A stretch of 64,000 nt of DNA from Octopus sinensis. Its lineage: Eukaryota. A program made the position numbers and the translations under genes. Position 1 is the first letter of the stretch. Each line of letters begins with the position of its first letter. Positions 36,975 through 51,009 of this stretch are shown piece after piece. Below the pieces are notes generated by a model, which saw nothing but the letters and a program-made list of their open reading frames with translations, ran no database searches and was not told the origin of the DNA. The stretch lies in contig NC_042997.1 of the NCBI RefSeq assembly GCF_006345805.1, forward strand, positions 74,896,001 to 74,960,000, read 5' to 3'.

Positions 36975-39830
36975 TAAAAAATCCTTTAAAATCTTTTAGC
37001 CCGAAGGCCGCGGCCATGCTGGGGCACCACCACTGAATGAGCTACACTAATATGTGAATCCACCTCTGATACGTGGCACTTGATCAACAAGGGAGTTCTA
37101 TGCCGCTGCCCGCATCTGTGTCTCCTGTCGTGAGGTAGGTTCATCTGGAACCCCCGACAAGAAGAGATCCAGTTTAGTTTTAAAGAAACCGACATCCGCA
37201 CCATGTAAGTCTCTCAGGCATTTAGGGAGGATGTTAAAGAGCTGTGGTCCTCTGAAACCCAAGCTGTTGCAGTATCTGGACCTGTATTTTGATGGTGATG
37301 GTGGAATCTTTGGCACAATGCAGTGGCACCCCGTTCTGCGGTTGGGGTAACTTTGAATGCCAAAGTTTGGGACAAGACCCTCCAGAATTTTCCAGATGTA
37401 TATCACCGCATGTCTCTCCCGCCTTCGCTCTAGGGAGAAGAGGTTTAATACTTTCAGTCTTTCCTAGTAGCTGATATTTTGCATTGAGACGATCTTCTTT
37501 GAGTAGCTTCTTTGGATTGTTTCGAGTTCTGCTGTTAGTTTTATATTGTGTGGTGACCATAGTTGGGAGCAGTTGTCCAAGCGGCTGAGGACGAATGTTT
37601 TCCAGAGGACCATCAGTGTCTCTTTCTCTCTTGTTCTGAAAGTTCGGAGAATCCATCCAGCTAGCCGTCAGCATTTTATCACCAGATTAGTAATATGCAT
37701 TTGGAAAGATGCATCATTGCTCATGTCAATGCCCAGGTCACGCACTGATTTTGACTCAGGGATTGCAATTCTTCCTTGGCCAGTGTATCCAGTTTGCACG
37801 TAGTTTACCTTTGTGTGCCGGTAGCGCAGGGCCTGGAACTTACCTGCATGTTGTTGTCCTCAGCCCACCTGTATATTGTATCCAACTCCTGTTGCAGATG
37901 CGCAATATTTTCAGGGTTTTGTATTGTGTGGGAGACTTTTGTGTCTTCTGCATAGCTAGCAAGGGTGGCCATCGTAGCAACTGAGGGCATGTCTGAAAGG
38001 GCCACTATGAACAGCAGTGGCCCCAAGACAGTGCCTTGTGGAACACCGCTTGTTATTTGTGTTTCATTGGAGGTGGCTCCATTGCTCACAGCTGCCTGTC
38101 TTCTGTCTTTTAGGAAGTTGTGCAGCCACTCTCCAAGTTTTCCGCCTATGCCGAGACCACGCAGTTTGTGACAGATCATACATTGGTCGACTTTATCAAA
38201 GGCTTTTGCAAAATCGAGATATATTACATCCACATTTGAGCCATTTAGTAGCTGTTTTAACACCCAATCATAGTGTTGCAGGAGCTGTGTTAGGCAGCTT
38301 CTACCTGGTCGAAATCCATGCTGGGTATCAGACAGCAAGTCATTTTCTTCAAGGAACATGATTAGCTTCTTGTGGACTATTCATTCCAAGACTTTGCTGA
38401 TGTGTGAGGTCAGAGAGATAGGCCTATAATTTTTAGCATCTGCTCTGCTACCTCCCATATGGAGAGGGCATATTACCCCCTCTTTCAATTTGACTGGGAG
38501 CTTACCACTTGCGAGAAAGCTCTGAAAAAGAAGCTGTAGCGGTTTTGCAAGGGCTCGTTTGCACGATTTGAGAAGGATCGCTGGAAATCCATCAGGTCCA
38601 GCAGCTGAGTTTGCGTCAATCTCATCTATGGCCAGTGTGATGTTATCATTTTCAATATTGATGTACTCAATTTTTGCCTCTTTGGCTGCAGGTAAAGTGG
38701 CAAAGAATTCTTCTGGGTTGTTTACTTGCCTGTGTCCTAGAGGTGTAGTGAACACACTTTGGAACTGTTCGTTCAGTATTTCACTTATCGTCGTGGGATT
38801 TCCTTTGAGAGAGCCATCTTTTTGGAAGGGAGGTCCTATTCTCTGGTGCACTGTGGCTGTCTCTTTGGCAAACTTAAAGAAAGCATTAGGGTTTGACTTT
38901 ATATTTTCTATTACCCAAGCTTCTTTATCTGCTCTCTCCTTTTCATGAGACTGATGCAGACTTTTCTCAATTTCCATTAGCATTCTCTCGAGGCAAGACT
39001 TCTCACCACTTTTGGTGTGCTTGCTCAGGTGGTTCACAATCCTTGTCCGTTGTCTCATAAGAATCTTCCTTTCTCTAGGGATCCTGTTTTTGTTTTTGTG
39101 TGTGCTGGCCCTGCACACTGGGATATATTTGTCACATATGGTTTGTATTATAGACATGAAGTATTTGTGTTTCATGTTAATGTCCGGTGTAGAGAGACAT
39201 TTAGGCCAATCATGTTTGAGGATCTCTTTCTCAATCAACTTACAATTTGCTTTATGAAAGTTTAAGTTGGAGAGATTGGTGATGCTTCGTATAGGCTGTG
39301 TGTCTGCGGGGGCTTTTGGTTCATACATAGGCAGCTCTATTATGTTGTGATCCGAGATCATTGTCGGCATCACTTTAACATTATGGATAATATCCATATC
39401 GTTTGTGAAGCAGAGATCCAGTATATTATCTGCCCTTGTTGGTTGCAGCACTATTTGCTCCATGAAAGAGGCATTTGTGAGATGGAGCAGGGACTCTGCC
39501 TGTGCCTGCTGATGGTGTGTCATCTGAGAGCATCTGTCCCCAGGCGATTCCACATTGGGGAAGTTAAAGTCACCCATGAAGAATATACTGTTGTGTTGTT
39601 CCAGGTTGCTGAGAACTTCTCCCATTTTCGTTAGACAGTCTTCAAACATGCCTGAGTGATTTGGGGCATCCGGTGGGCGATATGTAGTACATATGATGAT
39701 ATTCAGTTGTCTTACATGTACAATTTCAGTGTCACACACTGAGTTTGGATATGACATCAGGACATGGAGCGCGAGGTCATCTCGGATGTACGTTGCAACT
39801 CCACCATGGCTCCTCCCTTTTCTATCTGAG
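36975..39830 (-). mobile_element. CR1-like LINE (APE plus RT plus 3' tail), decayed
   Basis: ORFs 38381-39757, 37805-38359 and 37098-37406; tail ggtggtgccccagcatggccgc. Confidence 0.92.
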
Positions 39831-40166
39831 CATTATATATATACATTATATATATACATACATATATATACATATATATATACATACATATATATAAATA
39901 TATATAACATATATAAATACATATATATACAGTTTTATATATACATATATCTAAATATATAAACTTAGATAAACTTAGATATGTTTCGACCAATGATTGG
40001 TCCAGGCCATGTCTAACTTAATAGCACTACCTGATAGGATTATTTGAATCCTTTTTAAGTCAAGTTTTGATTATGGTCAATTCAAGTAGTGAGTTTTTGT
40101 TGGGTGAGTTGTATCCAATTATGGGTGGCTTATCTGGTATTCCTTGAAGGAATATGTATATACATA

Positions 40167-41458
40167 CGAGGGGCGTTCAATAAGTAATGCCCCTGACCCA
40201 CTTCCCATAGCAGTAGAGCAACGAAACTTGGCACAGTTATTAGTCTTTTTCTACATAGGAAGCACCCAGAGTTACGCATTTCTGCCATCGTTTGATGCAG
40301 CGCTGGAGACCGTTTTTGTAGAAGACCCCAGCTTGGTCCTCCAACCACGACGTGACTTTAGAAATCAAGGCTGCATCTTCTGTGAAATGCTTTCCTTTCA
40401 AAAAAAACTTCATGGCTGGGAAGAGGTGAAAATCAGAGGGTGCAAGGTCAGGAGCATAGGGGGAATGGGGGAGGAGTTCATAGCAGCACGCCTGTGCTTC
40501 TGATCTGGCGACACGCGAGTTGTGGACCAGAGCGTTGTCCTGCAGGAGGAGGATGCCTTTGCTGATCCTGCCCCACCTCTTGATTTTGATAGCTTCTCAT
40601 AATTTCCTCAAAAGTGAAGCATAATAGGCTCCTGTAATTGTGGTACCCTTTGCCAGGAAATCTGTCATCACTACTCCGTCCTGGTCCCAGAAGACTGTGA
40701 GCATGACTTTGCCAGCGGAGGGCTGCACCCTTGCCTTCTTTGGAGGAGGTGAGTCACGGTGCTTCCACTGCATTGACTGGGCTTTGGTCTCTGAATCATA
40801 GTGATGGACCCAGGTTTCATCCTGTGTAATCAGTCTTTTGAAAAATTTTGACTCATCTTCTTGGCACATCTCCAAATTCATCCTCGAGCACTCGACGCGT
40901 TCTTGCTTCTGGAAAGGTGTGAGCAACCTAGGAATCCATCTGGCAGACACCTTTTGCATATGCAAATGGTCATGAATGGTAGTTTCCACAGACCCGGTAC
41001 TAATCTTGACCTCATGGGCTATTTGGCGAATAGTTATGCATCGATCTTCTAAAATGGCAGCCTCAACTTGACGGACAGATGCCTCATCAATGGCAGAAGG
41101 GGGTGACCAGATCTGGGAGCTGTTTCCACAGAGTTCCGACCATGTTTGAATTCACAATGCCAGCGTTTTACAAGGTCATATGATGGGACATCATCACCAT
41201 AAGTTACTTTCATTTCATCAAAAGTCTCCTGTGGTGTGCGTCCTTTCAAATACAAAAACCGGATCACTGCTCGATACTCAACAGGCTCCATTTCACACTT
41301 GACTCAGTTCAAACACCTGTAAATCAGAAACCACAATTGGCTCCGAGCTGTAATTTGCCACTTAATCTATAGATATATAAATAATTGCACATGCAAAATT
41401 TCAGCTAGATCAAACAACTGCAAGTGGGTCAAAGGCATTACTTATTGAACGTCCCTCG
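40167..41458 (-). mobile_element. Full-length decayed mariner DNA transposon, 1292 bp
   Basis: ~37-bp TIRs cgaggg(g/a)cgttcaataagtaatgcc..tgacccactt with TA target duplication; HTH (41049-41291), WIPRLL and ITQDETWVHHY motifs; frameshift and stop present. Confidence 0.93.
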
Positions 41459-41623
41459 TATATATACAGATATATGTATATAGATTTTTACATACATATA
41501 TATACATATATATATACATATACATGTATGTATATATAGATATATATATATAGATAGATAGTATATATATATATATATATGTATGCATAAATCTATATAT
41601 ATATATCTATATATACATACATG

Positions 41624-41688
<65 letters not shown>

Positions 41689-41717
41689 GTATGTAAAAAT
41701 CTATATACATATATCTG

Positions 41718-41751
<34 letters not shown>

Positions 41752-41867
41752 CATATATCTGTATATATATATATATATGTATATACATATATATATATAT
41801 ATATACATATATATACATATATATATATATGTATACATATATATATACATACATATATATATATATA

Positions 41868-44800
41868 CATCATCATCATCATCGTTTAACGTCCGTGGAT
41901 GGTTCAACTGGGGTCTGGGAAGCCAGGAGGCTGCGCCAGGCCCAAACCACTCCGAGAGTGTAGTGGGTGCTTTTTATGTGCTACCTGCACAGGTGCCAGA
42001 CGAGCCTGGCAAACGGCCACGAACAGATGGTGTTTTTTACGTGCCATTGGCACGGGGGCCAGAAGAGGCTGGCAATGGCCACAATCGGACTATGCTTTTC
42101 GTGCCACTGGTAACGGCCACTTTCGGACGGTTCTCTTACGTGCCACCGGCACTGGTATCTCAGCTACAATTTCCATTGATGTTCAAAGATTTCGATTTTG
42201 ATTTTCACTTGCCTCAACAGGTCTTCACAAGTAGGATTTGTGTCACAAGAAGGAACGGTATGCATAAGTGGGCTGGCTCCATCCCAGGTAGAGGCCATGT
42301 GTTATGGTCTCACTTGTCCTGCCGGGTCTTCCCACGCACAGCATACTTCCAAAGGTCTCGGTCTCTGGTCATTTCCTCGGTGAGACCTAAAGTTCGAAGG
42401 TCATTTTTCACCACCTCGTCCCAGGTTTTCCTGGGTCTACCTCTTCCACAGGTTCCCTCAACCGCCAGGGTGTGGCACTTTTTCACACAACTATCTTCAT
42501 CCATTCTCGCTACATGACCATACCAGCGCAAACATCTTTCTTGCACATCACAACTGATGCTTCTTATCTCCAACTTTTCTCTCAAGGTACTTAAACTCTG
42601 CCGAGTATGAACACTGACATTACACATCTATCGGAGCATACGGGCTTTATTTCTTGCGAGCTTATGCATATCCTCAGCAGTCACGGCCCATGTTTCACTC
42701 CATGTAGCATGGCTGTGCGTACACATGCGTCATACAGTCTGCCTTTTGTTCTGAGCAAGAGGCCTTTTGTCACCAGCAGAGGTAAGAGCTCTCTGAACTT
42801 TGCCCAGACTATTCTTACTCTAGCAGTTACACTTTCAGCACACCCACCCCCGCTACTGACTTGGTCGCCTAGGTAACGGAAGCTATCAACTATTTCTAGT
42901 TTTTCTCCCTGGAATGTGGCGGAAGTTGGTCTCTGAGCATTTTCAGTGTTTATTGCTCCTGAGCATCTGCCACATACAAAAACTATCTTCCCAGTTAGCC
43001 TTCCTTTGACATTGCTGCACCTCTTATGTGTCCATAGCTTACACTTGGTGCATCATATAGAGTTTCTACCTACGCCTTTTTTACAGTTCGAGCAGGGCCA
43101 TCTACCTGAAGGCGTTTGTGATTTGCCTTCCTTCCTACATATTAAGACTTAGGTTTTAGCTAGGTTGATTTTAAGGCCCTTCGATTCTAATCCTTGTCTC
43201 CACACTTGAAACTTTGCCTCTAGTTCTGATAGTGACTCAGCAATTAGAACAAGGTCATCAGCGTATAGGAGCTCCCAGGGGCATCCTGTCTTGAATTCCT
43301 CCGTTATTGCCTGGAGGACTATGATAAATAAGGAGGGGGCTGAGGACTGAACCTTTGTGGACCCCTACCTCTACTTTGAATTCTTTAATGTACTCGTTGC
43401 TAACCCTCACCTTACTTACAGCGTCTCTGTACATGGCTTGCACAGCTCTCACTAACCATTCATCTATCCCTAGTTTCCTCATTGACCACCAGATAAGGGA
43501 TCGGGGGACCCTGTCAAAGGCTTTCTCCATGTCAACGAAAGCCAGGTAGAGGGGCTTATCCTTGGCTAGGTATTTCTCCTGCAGCTGTTTCACCAGAAAT
43601 ATGGCATCAGTGGTGTTTTTTCCTGGCACGAAACCAAACTGCATCTCATCCAAGTTGACTTTCTCCCTAATCAGTTGGGCTATGACCCTCTCTGTAACCT
43701 TCATTACCTGATCCAACAGTTTGATACCTCTGTAATTATTTGTATCTAAAGCGTCACCCTTACCTTTGTAGCAGTTGACTATTATGCTGTTACACCAGTC
43801 ATAGGGTATGACTCCTTCGTGTATCACCTGGTTAACTATACGGGTGACTACGCTATAGCCGACACCACCAGATATTTTAAGCATCTCTGCAGTAATTCCT
43901 GATGGGCCTGGGGCTTTCCCTGTCTTCATGCTACTAATTGCCTTAACTACTAAAGAACTGTCAACTCGGATAGCTGGTCCCACTGTTGGGTCGACATTCG
44001 GCTGACTCTCTTTATCCCATTCATTTTCCTTATTTAGCAGCCTCTTATAATGATGTCTCCAAACCACTCTCTTTGCATCCTCATTTAGCGCAAGTGAACC
44101 ATCATCCATGCGAACACATTTCTCTCCTACCGCATCATGATTCTCTCTCACACACTGTCTTGCAACACGGAATACCTCAAGTCTTTGGTCCTCACGGTGC
44201 AGAACATTGGCAAATTTTTTCTTGTCTGCTTCCCCTCTGGTTAAATAGACCTGTCTCCTAACTTCTCTTTTGGTAGCCTGGTACAATTCCCTGCTACCAC
44301 CATTTTTCCAGTCCCTCCAAGCCTGTCTCTTTTCTCTAATAGCCCTGTCTACAACATTGTTCCACCACCACATTATTTTGGGTCGAGAGTGGACTTTGCA
44401 CCAGCCACAGATCTGGTCCGTGGCTCTCAGCAGGTTGTCCCTAAGAAACCTCCAGTTGTCTTCTACCCCATGTGAAGCTATATCCCCTTCTACTTTGTCA
44501 AAGGCTTCAAGTAATATGTCCCTAAGTCTCTGTCCATTTGCAGGATCTTTAAGCTTCCAGATCCTTCTTCTCCATGTTGGTCGTCTTCTGGTCGTCCTCT
44601 TAGTCCTGATCCTAAAGTCACTAACTACCAGTTTATGTTGCAAACCATACCTCTTGGATCGAGAGGGAACTTTGCACCATCTACAGATCTGGTCAGTGGA
44701 CCTCAGCAGGTTGTCCCATAGAAACCTCCAGTTGTCTTCCACATCATGTAGTGCTATATCACCCCCTATTTCGTCAAAAGCTGTAATATGTCTCTAAATT

Positions 44801-45960
44801 TCTGTCCATTTGCTGGGTTTTTAAGCTTCCAGACCCTTCTCCTCCCTGCTGGGTGCCTTCTGGGCATCCATTTAGCCCTGATCCTGAAGTCGCTAACTAC
44901 CAGTCTATGTTGTGGGGTACATTCTTCGCCTGGGACAGTTTTGGCATTTATAAGCAGCCATCTTTCCCTTTTCCTGGCAAGGATGTAGTCAATTTGGCTA
45001 GTATGTCGGTCTGATTGGTAGGTGATTAGGTGGCTGGTAGGTTTCCTGAAGTTAGTGTTGCAAACCATAAGATCATTTGCATCGCAAAACTCCAGAAGCC
45101 TGGTTCCCTCCTCGTTGCGGGAACCATAACCATAGCCCCCATGTACACCATGGAAGCCCCCAGCATGTCGTCCAACGTGACCACTGAAGTCACCAGCCAC
45201 AAAGAAAAGGTCTCTGTTATTCGTCAACGAGGTAGTCTGCAGTAGGGTGTCATAGAATTGGTCTTTCTGTCCATCGGGTAGCCCCGGCTGAGGGGCATAG
45301 GCCGATATAATGGTTGCTAATCCATGATGAAGCACTAATCTAATCTTAAGTATTCTGTAACTTACTCTGATTACCTCTATTACCTTATCTACCCATTTTT
45401 CAGCTAGAAGTATACCCACGCCCCCAAACCCGTCAGTGTTCCCTGCTCAGAAAATCTTGTACCTGTGTTCTTTGCCTGTGAGGAACCTAGCAGAACCTCC
45501 TCTCCAACTTACTTCTTGGATGCAGCACATATCAACACATCTACGTTCAAGCATCTCAACAATCTCACCAGACCTACCCTTCAGTGTGCCAACGTTGAGA
45601 GTGCCAACAGGTGACAGTGGCATCTTGTACCTGAAAAGAGAGCTTGCATTTGGCAGAATTCATGAGCAAACAATGATCTTGATAAGTTCAACCTGCATAC
45701 ACAAAGCTATCATGTTTTGCACTGTATGATCACCTTAAATAGTAGAGGTGGGGTTGGCGAAGGCCTTTAAGTGTTCATGGGGGACAAGCAAGAAAGATGT
45801 GATGGATGAATAGAGACTTCCGGTTCAGGTGGAGGGGGTGGAGGGGTTGGCAGGCACACCGCCGTGAGCTGGCCGCCATGGACTAGAGATGAAGAGACGA
45901 AAAAGGCTGATAGATAGGCATATAGTGTAGAGGGAGAGAGGGAGGGATGGTTCCTGGATT
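41868..45960 (-). mobile_element. RTE-clade LINE, near full length, decayed, with an internal ~275-bp duplication
   Basis: APE 44766-45620, RT 43258-44742, PHD-like finger near 42960-43100, C-terminus 42310-42627, 3' UTR and (GAT)n tail at 41868. Confidence 0.92.
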
Positions 45961-46992
45961 TGGAGAAAGATGAAATTAGAGACAAGGGCGAAGTTTTCAT
46001 GAGTGAAAAACTAAGTTTGGAATTGCGTCACCTATGGTTAAGACAAAAGGACATCGACATTAAGACGGGAATGCCTCTCATTTACTTGACAATTTATGCA
46101 CCACATTCCAGAAATCAAAATGTAAGTGTATGTCAAAGCAAACTGTTACACTGTTGTAGCATTGAATTACAAATAATGATCATCTTTTATGCTCGGGTAA
46201 CCCTACAGCTTCCAAGAGCACAACTGTATTCGTTTTTGCTTAGATAAAATGACAAAATTGTGGGTGTTAAGTTCCCATGGAAGGGTCTTTCTAACTTGTA
46301 AGAAGATGAAATTTTAATAAGAATTACTTCATTTGTGTCTAATATCTATGGTTAAAATTTCATCAACAGCAAAAAAATATGCATAGAATATAATTTCCAA
46401 ATTTCATAAAGATCCATTCAGTACCTTTGACGCAGTTTTGGATCATAAAAGAAATTACTAAAATTTGGGAGTTAAGGCCCCCATTAGGGTGTTTATACAT
46501 TTCCTCCACTGATTCAGTTGCAAAGTGTTGAGTAAAGTTATTTGATTGCAGACCTCCTTTAAGCTTTTTTATTATCATTGGGTCACACATAGTCCCCATA
46601 CGAAAACATTGATTTCAAGGCTTTCCCAGATGAGTAACTGGTTATTCAAAGACGTATATAGATTGCAAATTTATTCTGTCCAGTTACATATCAGTATAGG
46701 GGTCATTTGCAAACTCCAGAGGTGACACTTTCATTTCTCCTTAGCCCACACGTGTGTGTGTGTGTACACACACAGATAAATTGATAGATACAACTGAGTA
46801 AGCAAACAAAAATATGAGGGACAGCCCAGAGCTTTTTTTTATGTTGATAAGCCTGGTACTTATTCTATTAGTTTCTTCTTGTGAAACCACTAAGTTATGG
46901 GGATGTAAATAAACCAACACCAGTTGTGAAGCAGTGATGAGGGAGAAACACAAAGACACGCACACAGACTTATATATATATATATAATTGAT

Positions 46993-47150
46993 TTCTTTCA
47001 GTTTCTGTCTACAAAATCCACTAACAACGTTTTGGTTGGTCTGAGGCTATAGCAGAAGACACATGCCAAGTAACCATACAGTGGGACTGAACTGAGGACC
47101 ATGTGTTTTGGAACCAAGTTTGTTACCACACAGCCACACTTGCACCTATG
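46993..47150 (-). mobile_element. 5' part of a tRNA-derived SINE
   Basis: Reverse complement resembles 50571-50730 (gtggctgtgtggtaa..ttcagtcccactg..ctatagcctc). Confidence 0.75.
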
Positions 47151-47233
47151 TATGCGTGTGTATGTGTGTATGGGTGTATATATGTATGCATGTCTATATG
47201 TGTACATATTGCATGTACATCTCTCTCTCTCAC

Positions 47234-47286
<53 letters not shown>

Positions 47287-47399
47287 CACATCTACACATA
47301 CATGTATACATATATATCTATACATATACATGTATACATATACAGCTATGCATATACAGCTATACATATACATGTATACATATACATCTATATATATAT

Positions 47400-47441
<42 letters not shown>

Positions 47442-48047
47442 TATACATATATAATATATATATACATTCATCCATATATATACATGTATATATATATATA
47501 TATATACATCCATATATATACATCTATATTATACATCTATATGTATACATCTATATATATATATTATATATATATATATATAATATATAATATATATATA
47601 TAATATATATATACTTGTAAATTTAAATTTAAAGTAATAAGTTTGAAAAACTGAATATTAATTGATTAATATGAATTGAAAACTAGTGGTGTAGCATATA
47701 AGACCATGGCAGATCTTCTAGCAAAATGGATGTCTACTGTTAATGGTTCATCCCTGTTTCACTTTAATAGTTTCAGTATTAAAGTGAAGGTATCTGACAT
47801 TACTATAGAGAGATGTTTTGATTTCACTTTTAACACGTAATACTGAAATAGTGGAGAAGATATGATATTGCTAGGCAAGAAGTTAAAAATTTGTTTTGCC
47901 CATGACACTACATGACCCTAAGTAAGGCATGTGTAAAATTTGAATGAAATTGGTTGTACAGTTCTCAAGTTTTAGGGATTCACACAGACAGACACACACA
48001 CATTCTCAGTTTTATATATAGAGATTTATGCAAATATATATATATAT

Positions 48048-48095
<48 letters not shown>

Positions 48096-48109
48096 TATAT
48101 ATATATATA

Positions 48110-48155
48110 CCCATGCTAGCATGGAGAACGGACGTTAAACGATGATGATGATGAT
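48110..48155 (+). mobile_element. Minimal 3' stub of RTE LINE inside (TA)n
   Basis: cccatgctagcatggagaacggacgttaaacg(atg)n. Confidence 0.8.
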
Positions 48156-48479
48156 ACATACATATCTATGAATTCATATATATGCATATATATATATAGA
48201 TATGTATAGATATATATATACATATATATATGCATATATGTAAATTTAAAATATGCATATATATAAATATATATATATGCATATATATACATATATACAT
48301 ACATATATATATGCATATATATACATAAACATATATATACATATATATATGTGTATATATATATATGTCTGTATACGTATATTATATATCTGTATATCTA
48401 TATATTGTACATTGCTATTTCTTCCTTAGATCTAAATAAGAACATATAAGAAGCCTAACAATAGACTAAGTTATATTAA

Positions 48480-50335
48480 CGTGGGTTCCTGCCATCCCCG
48501 CATAGTGTTTAAAAATTTTGTGAAAAACATTAGCCTCTCCTCCGATAGGGACATTTTTAATAGCATTGCCCCATTATATAATAAGGCTCTAAAAGATAGT
48601 GGTTTAAGCAAGGAAATAACCTATACACCTGCCACCAGTCCAATAATAAAGAAGAGGAAACATAGAAATAGGAAAATATCTGGTTCACACACCCCTACTC
48701 ACCCGAGGTGACCTTCAATATCAGCAAGTATTTCTTAGCACTGATAGATAGACATTTCCCAGTCAACCATACTTACAGAAAGCTCTTCAATAGACACAAC
48801 TTAAAAATCAGTTTCAGCTCAACTACCAATTTAAAAAATATAATCACACACAACACACAAGAACCACAATACGAAACCAGCTGTTCATGCAGGAATAAAA
48901 ATATGTGCCCGTTAAATTGAGCTTGCATGTCCGAGACCATCATTTACGAAGCCACCATGGACTCTATATCCACTAAGGACACAGTTTCGATGAAGAAATA
49001 CATGGGCCTTACAGAGGGTAATTTCAAGGCCAATTTCAATAATCACACCTTGAGCTTCAGTCACAAGGATAAAAGGAAAACGACCAAATTATCCAGTCAT
49101 ATATGGCCCTTAAAAGATAAAGGTGTCAGTTACAACATCCACTGGAAGATCTTAGCCAAGTGCAAGCCCTACACCAATGGCAGTAGAAAGTGTGGTCTAT
49201 GTGATATGGAAAGATGGCTTATCTTGAAAAGCAGCTTAGACCCCACTACATGTCTGAATTCAAGAACTGAACTTTTCAGATCATGCCCAAATGTGGCTAA
49301 ATATTTGTTATGTTTTTGGTCCCCCCAAGATTACAGATAGGACTTGCTTTCTACTTTGTGTCCATGTACAAGATTCTTATCTCTTTATACTTTTTACTTA
49401 TATTTCTTATATATATTTTATACATATATTTTTTACATATTTATAGAGATATTGTTTTATAGGTTTATTGCTAATATATTTTTTACACATAATTTTTCTG
49501 TATTCTACCTCCCACCCTGCATTTTCCCTGTGCATATATAGACATGTATATGGAATCTTTTGTGCACATGTGTGGATGTGTGCGGGTATGTGCATATATA
49601 GATGTGTGTGTGTGTGTGCATGCATGCGAGTATGTGTTTATATAGACGTGTTTTACTCATTTTTTTTTTCACATTTTCCTGTATTTTTGCCTTTAGCCAT
49701 GTTTTTTGCACATGTGCATATATAGATGTGTGTGTGAACTCTTTTTGTACATGTATGTGTGCGTATATAGATGTCTGGGGGTATGCACCTATATAGACAT
49801 GTGTGTGTGTGCAGGCATACGGGTATGTGCGTATATAGACGTATTTTACTCTTATTGCTTTTTTTATACTTCTTTCCTCTTTTTTCTGTATTGTTGCTCT
49901 TAGCCATTTTTGTCTTGTGTTTGTGCATATATAGACGTGTGTATGAACATTTTTGGTGTGCGCGTGTGTGTGGGATTGCATATATATATATATTTCTTTA
50001 GGCAAATGTTGTGGGTGAAAATGTGTATGTTTCAACTGAGGGAGGATGAGTGTATACTTATAGGAACATGTACGTGGGTGTGCGGACATGCATGTGTAGG
50101 TATGGACATGCTTGTTTATGTGAATACTATGAACATTTTTACCCCCTTACTTTTATTCCCTCCCCTCACTTAGCGGTCATTCAAATAGCTCTTTTGTCTT
50201 AATAACAGTCAATCACACAGTAATTTCCCTTTGTATAATGGTCATTTTCATAGCATTTTTTCTGATGGCTGGATAACTGAAGAGATGGCGGCATGGATTT
50301 CCATCTCGACATCTGAAACTCGGAGTTTTATCATG
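48480..50335 (+). mobile_element. Third PLE family: C-terminal/GIY-YIG remnant, TG/TA-rich 3' UTR and hammerhead
   Basis: CSCRNKNMCPL..IIYEAT..KYMGLTEGNFK..LSSHIW..CGLC..LNSRTEL at 48708-49340. Confidence 0.8.
50272..50332 (+). ncRNA. Hammerhead-like motif downstream of the PLE remnant
   Basis: GATAA CTGAAGA GATG..CATC t GAA ACTC g GAGT T TTATC; 5-bp stem I; stem II register off by one. Confidence 0.6.
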
Positions 50336-50414
50336 GCCACCGAATAATTGTCACATATTATAATTACAGTATATATATGTATATACACATGCACATAGAT
50401 ATATATATACATAT

Positions 50415-50451
<37 letters not shown>

Positions 50452-50547
50452 CATATATATAGTAGTAACAGAAAGGAGGAATTTCGATTATGCCCACGTG
50501 GTGAGTTGTAATATATATAAGAAATTAAAAAAGGAAAATACACACAC

Positions 50548-50980
50548 AGGCGCAGGAGTGGCTGTGTGGAGGCGCAGGAGTGGCTGTGTGGTAAGTAGCT
50601 TGCATACCAACCACATGGTTCCGGGTTCAGTCCCACTGCGTGGCACCTTGGGCAAGTATCTTCTACTATAGCCTCGGGCCGACCAAAGCCTTGTGAGTGG
50701 ATTTGGTAGACGGAAACTGAAAAAAGCCCATCGTATATATGTATATATATATATATGTATGTGTGTGTATATGTTTGTGTGTCTGTGTTGTCCCCCAACA
50801 TCGCTTGACAACCAATGCTTGTTTACGTCTCCGTAACTTAGCAGTTCGGCTAAAGAGACAACAGATCGAATAAGTACAAGGCTTACAAAGAATAAGTCCT
50901 GGGGTCGATTTGGTTGACTAAAGGTGGTGCTCCAGCATGGCCGCAGTCAAATGATTGAAACAAGTAAAAGAGTAAAAAGA
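50548..50980 (+). mobile_element. tRNA-derived SINE with CORE-like middle, duplicated 22-bp head and CR1-type 3' tail
   Basis: A-box tggctgtgtgg, B-box gggttcagtccc, caccttgggcaag, internal microsatellite, tail ggtggtgctccagcatggccgcag..tgaaac. Confidence 0.8.
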
Positions 50981-51009
50981 GTACACTTTACATAGTTTTA
51001 ATATAATTT

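Noticed and set aside
45760-45960. Possible HDV-like ribozyme in the RTE 5' UTRs (also 61990-62240)
   Set aside because: Known from some RTEs, but I could not build the nested double pseudoknot by eye; needs a descriptor search.
46230-46750. Possible DNA-transposon or MITE remnant
   Set aside because: No terminal inverted repeat pair or transposase motif could be verified.
50571-50645. tRNA-like sequences here and at 60801-60875
   Set aside because: A and B boxes are present but there is no complete cloverleaf, and they run into SINE bodies.
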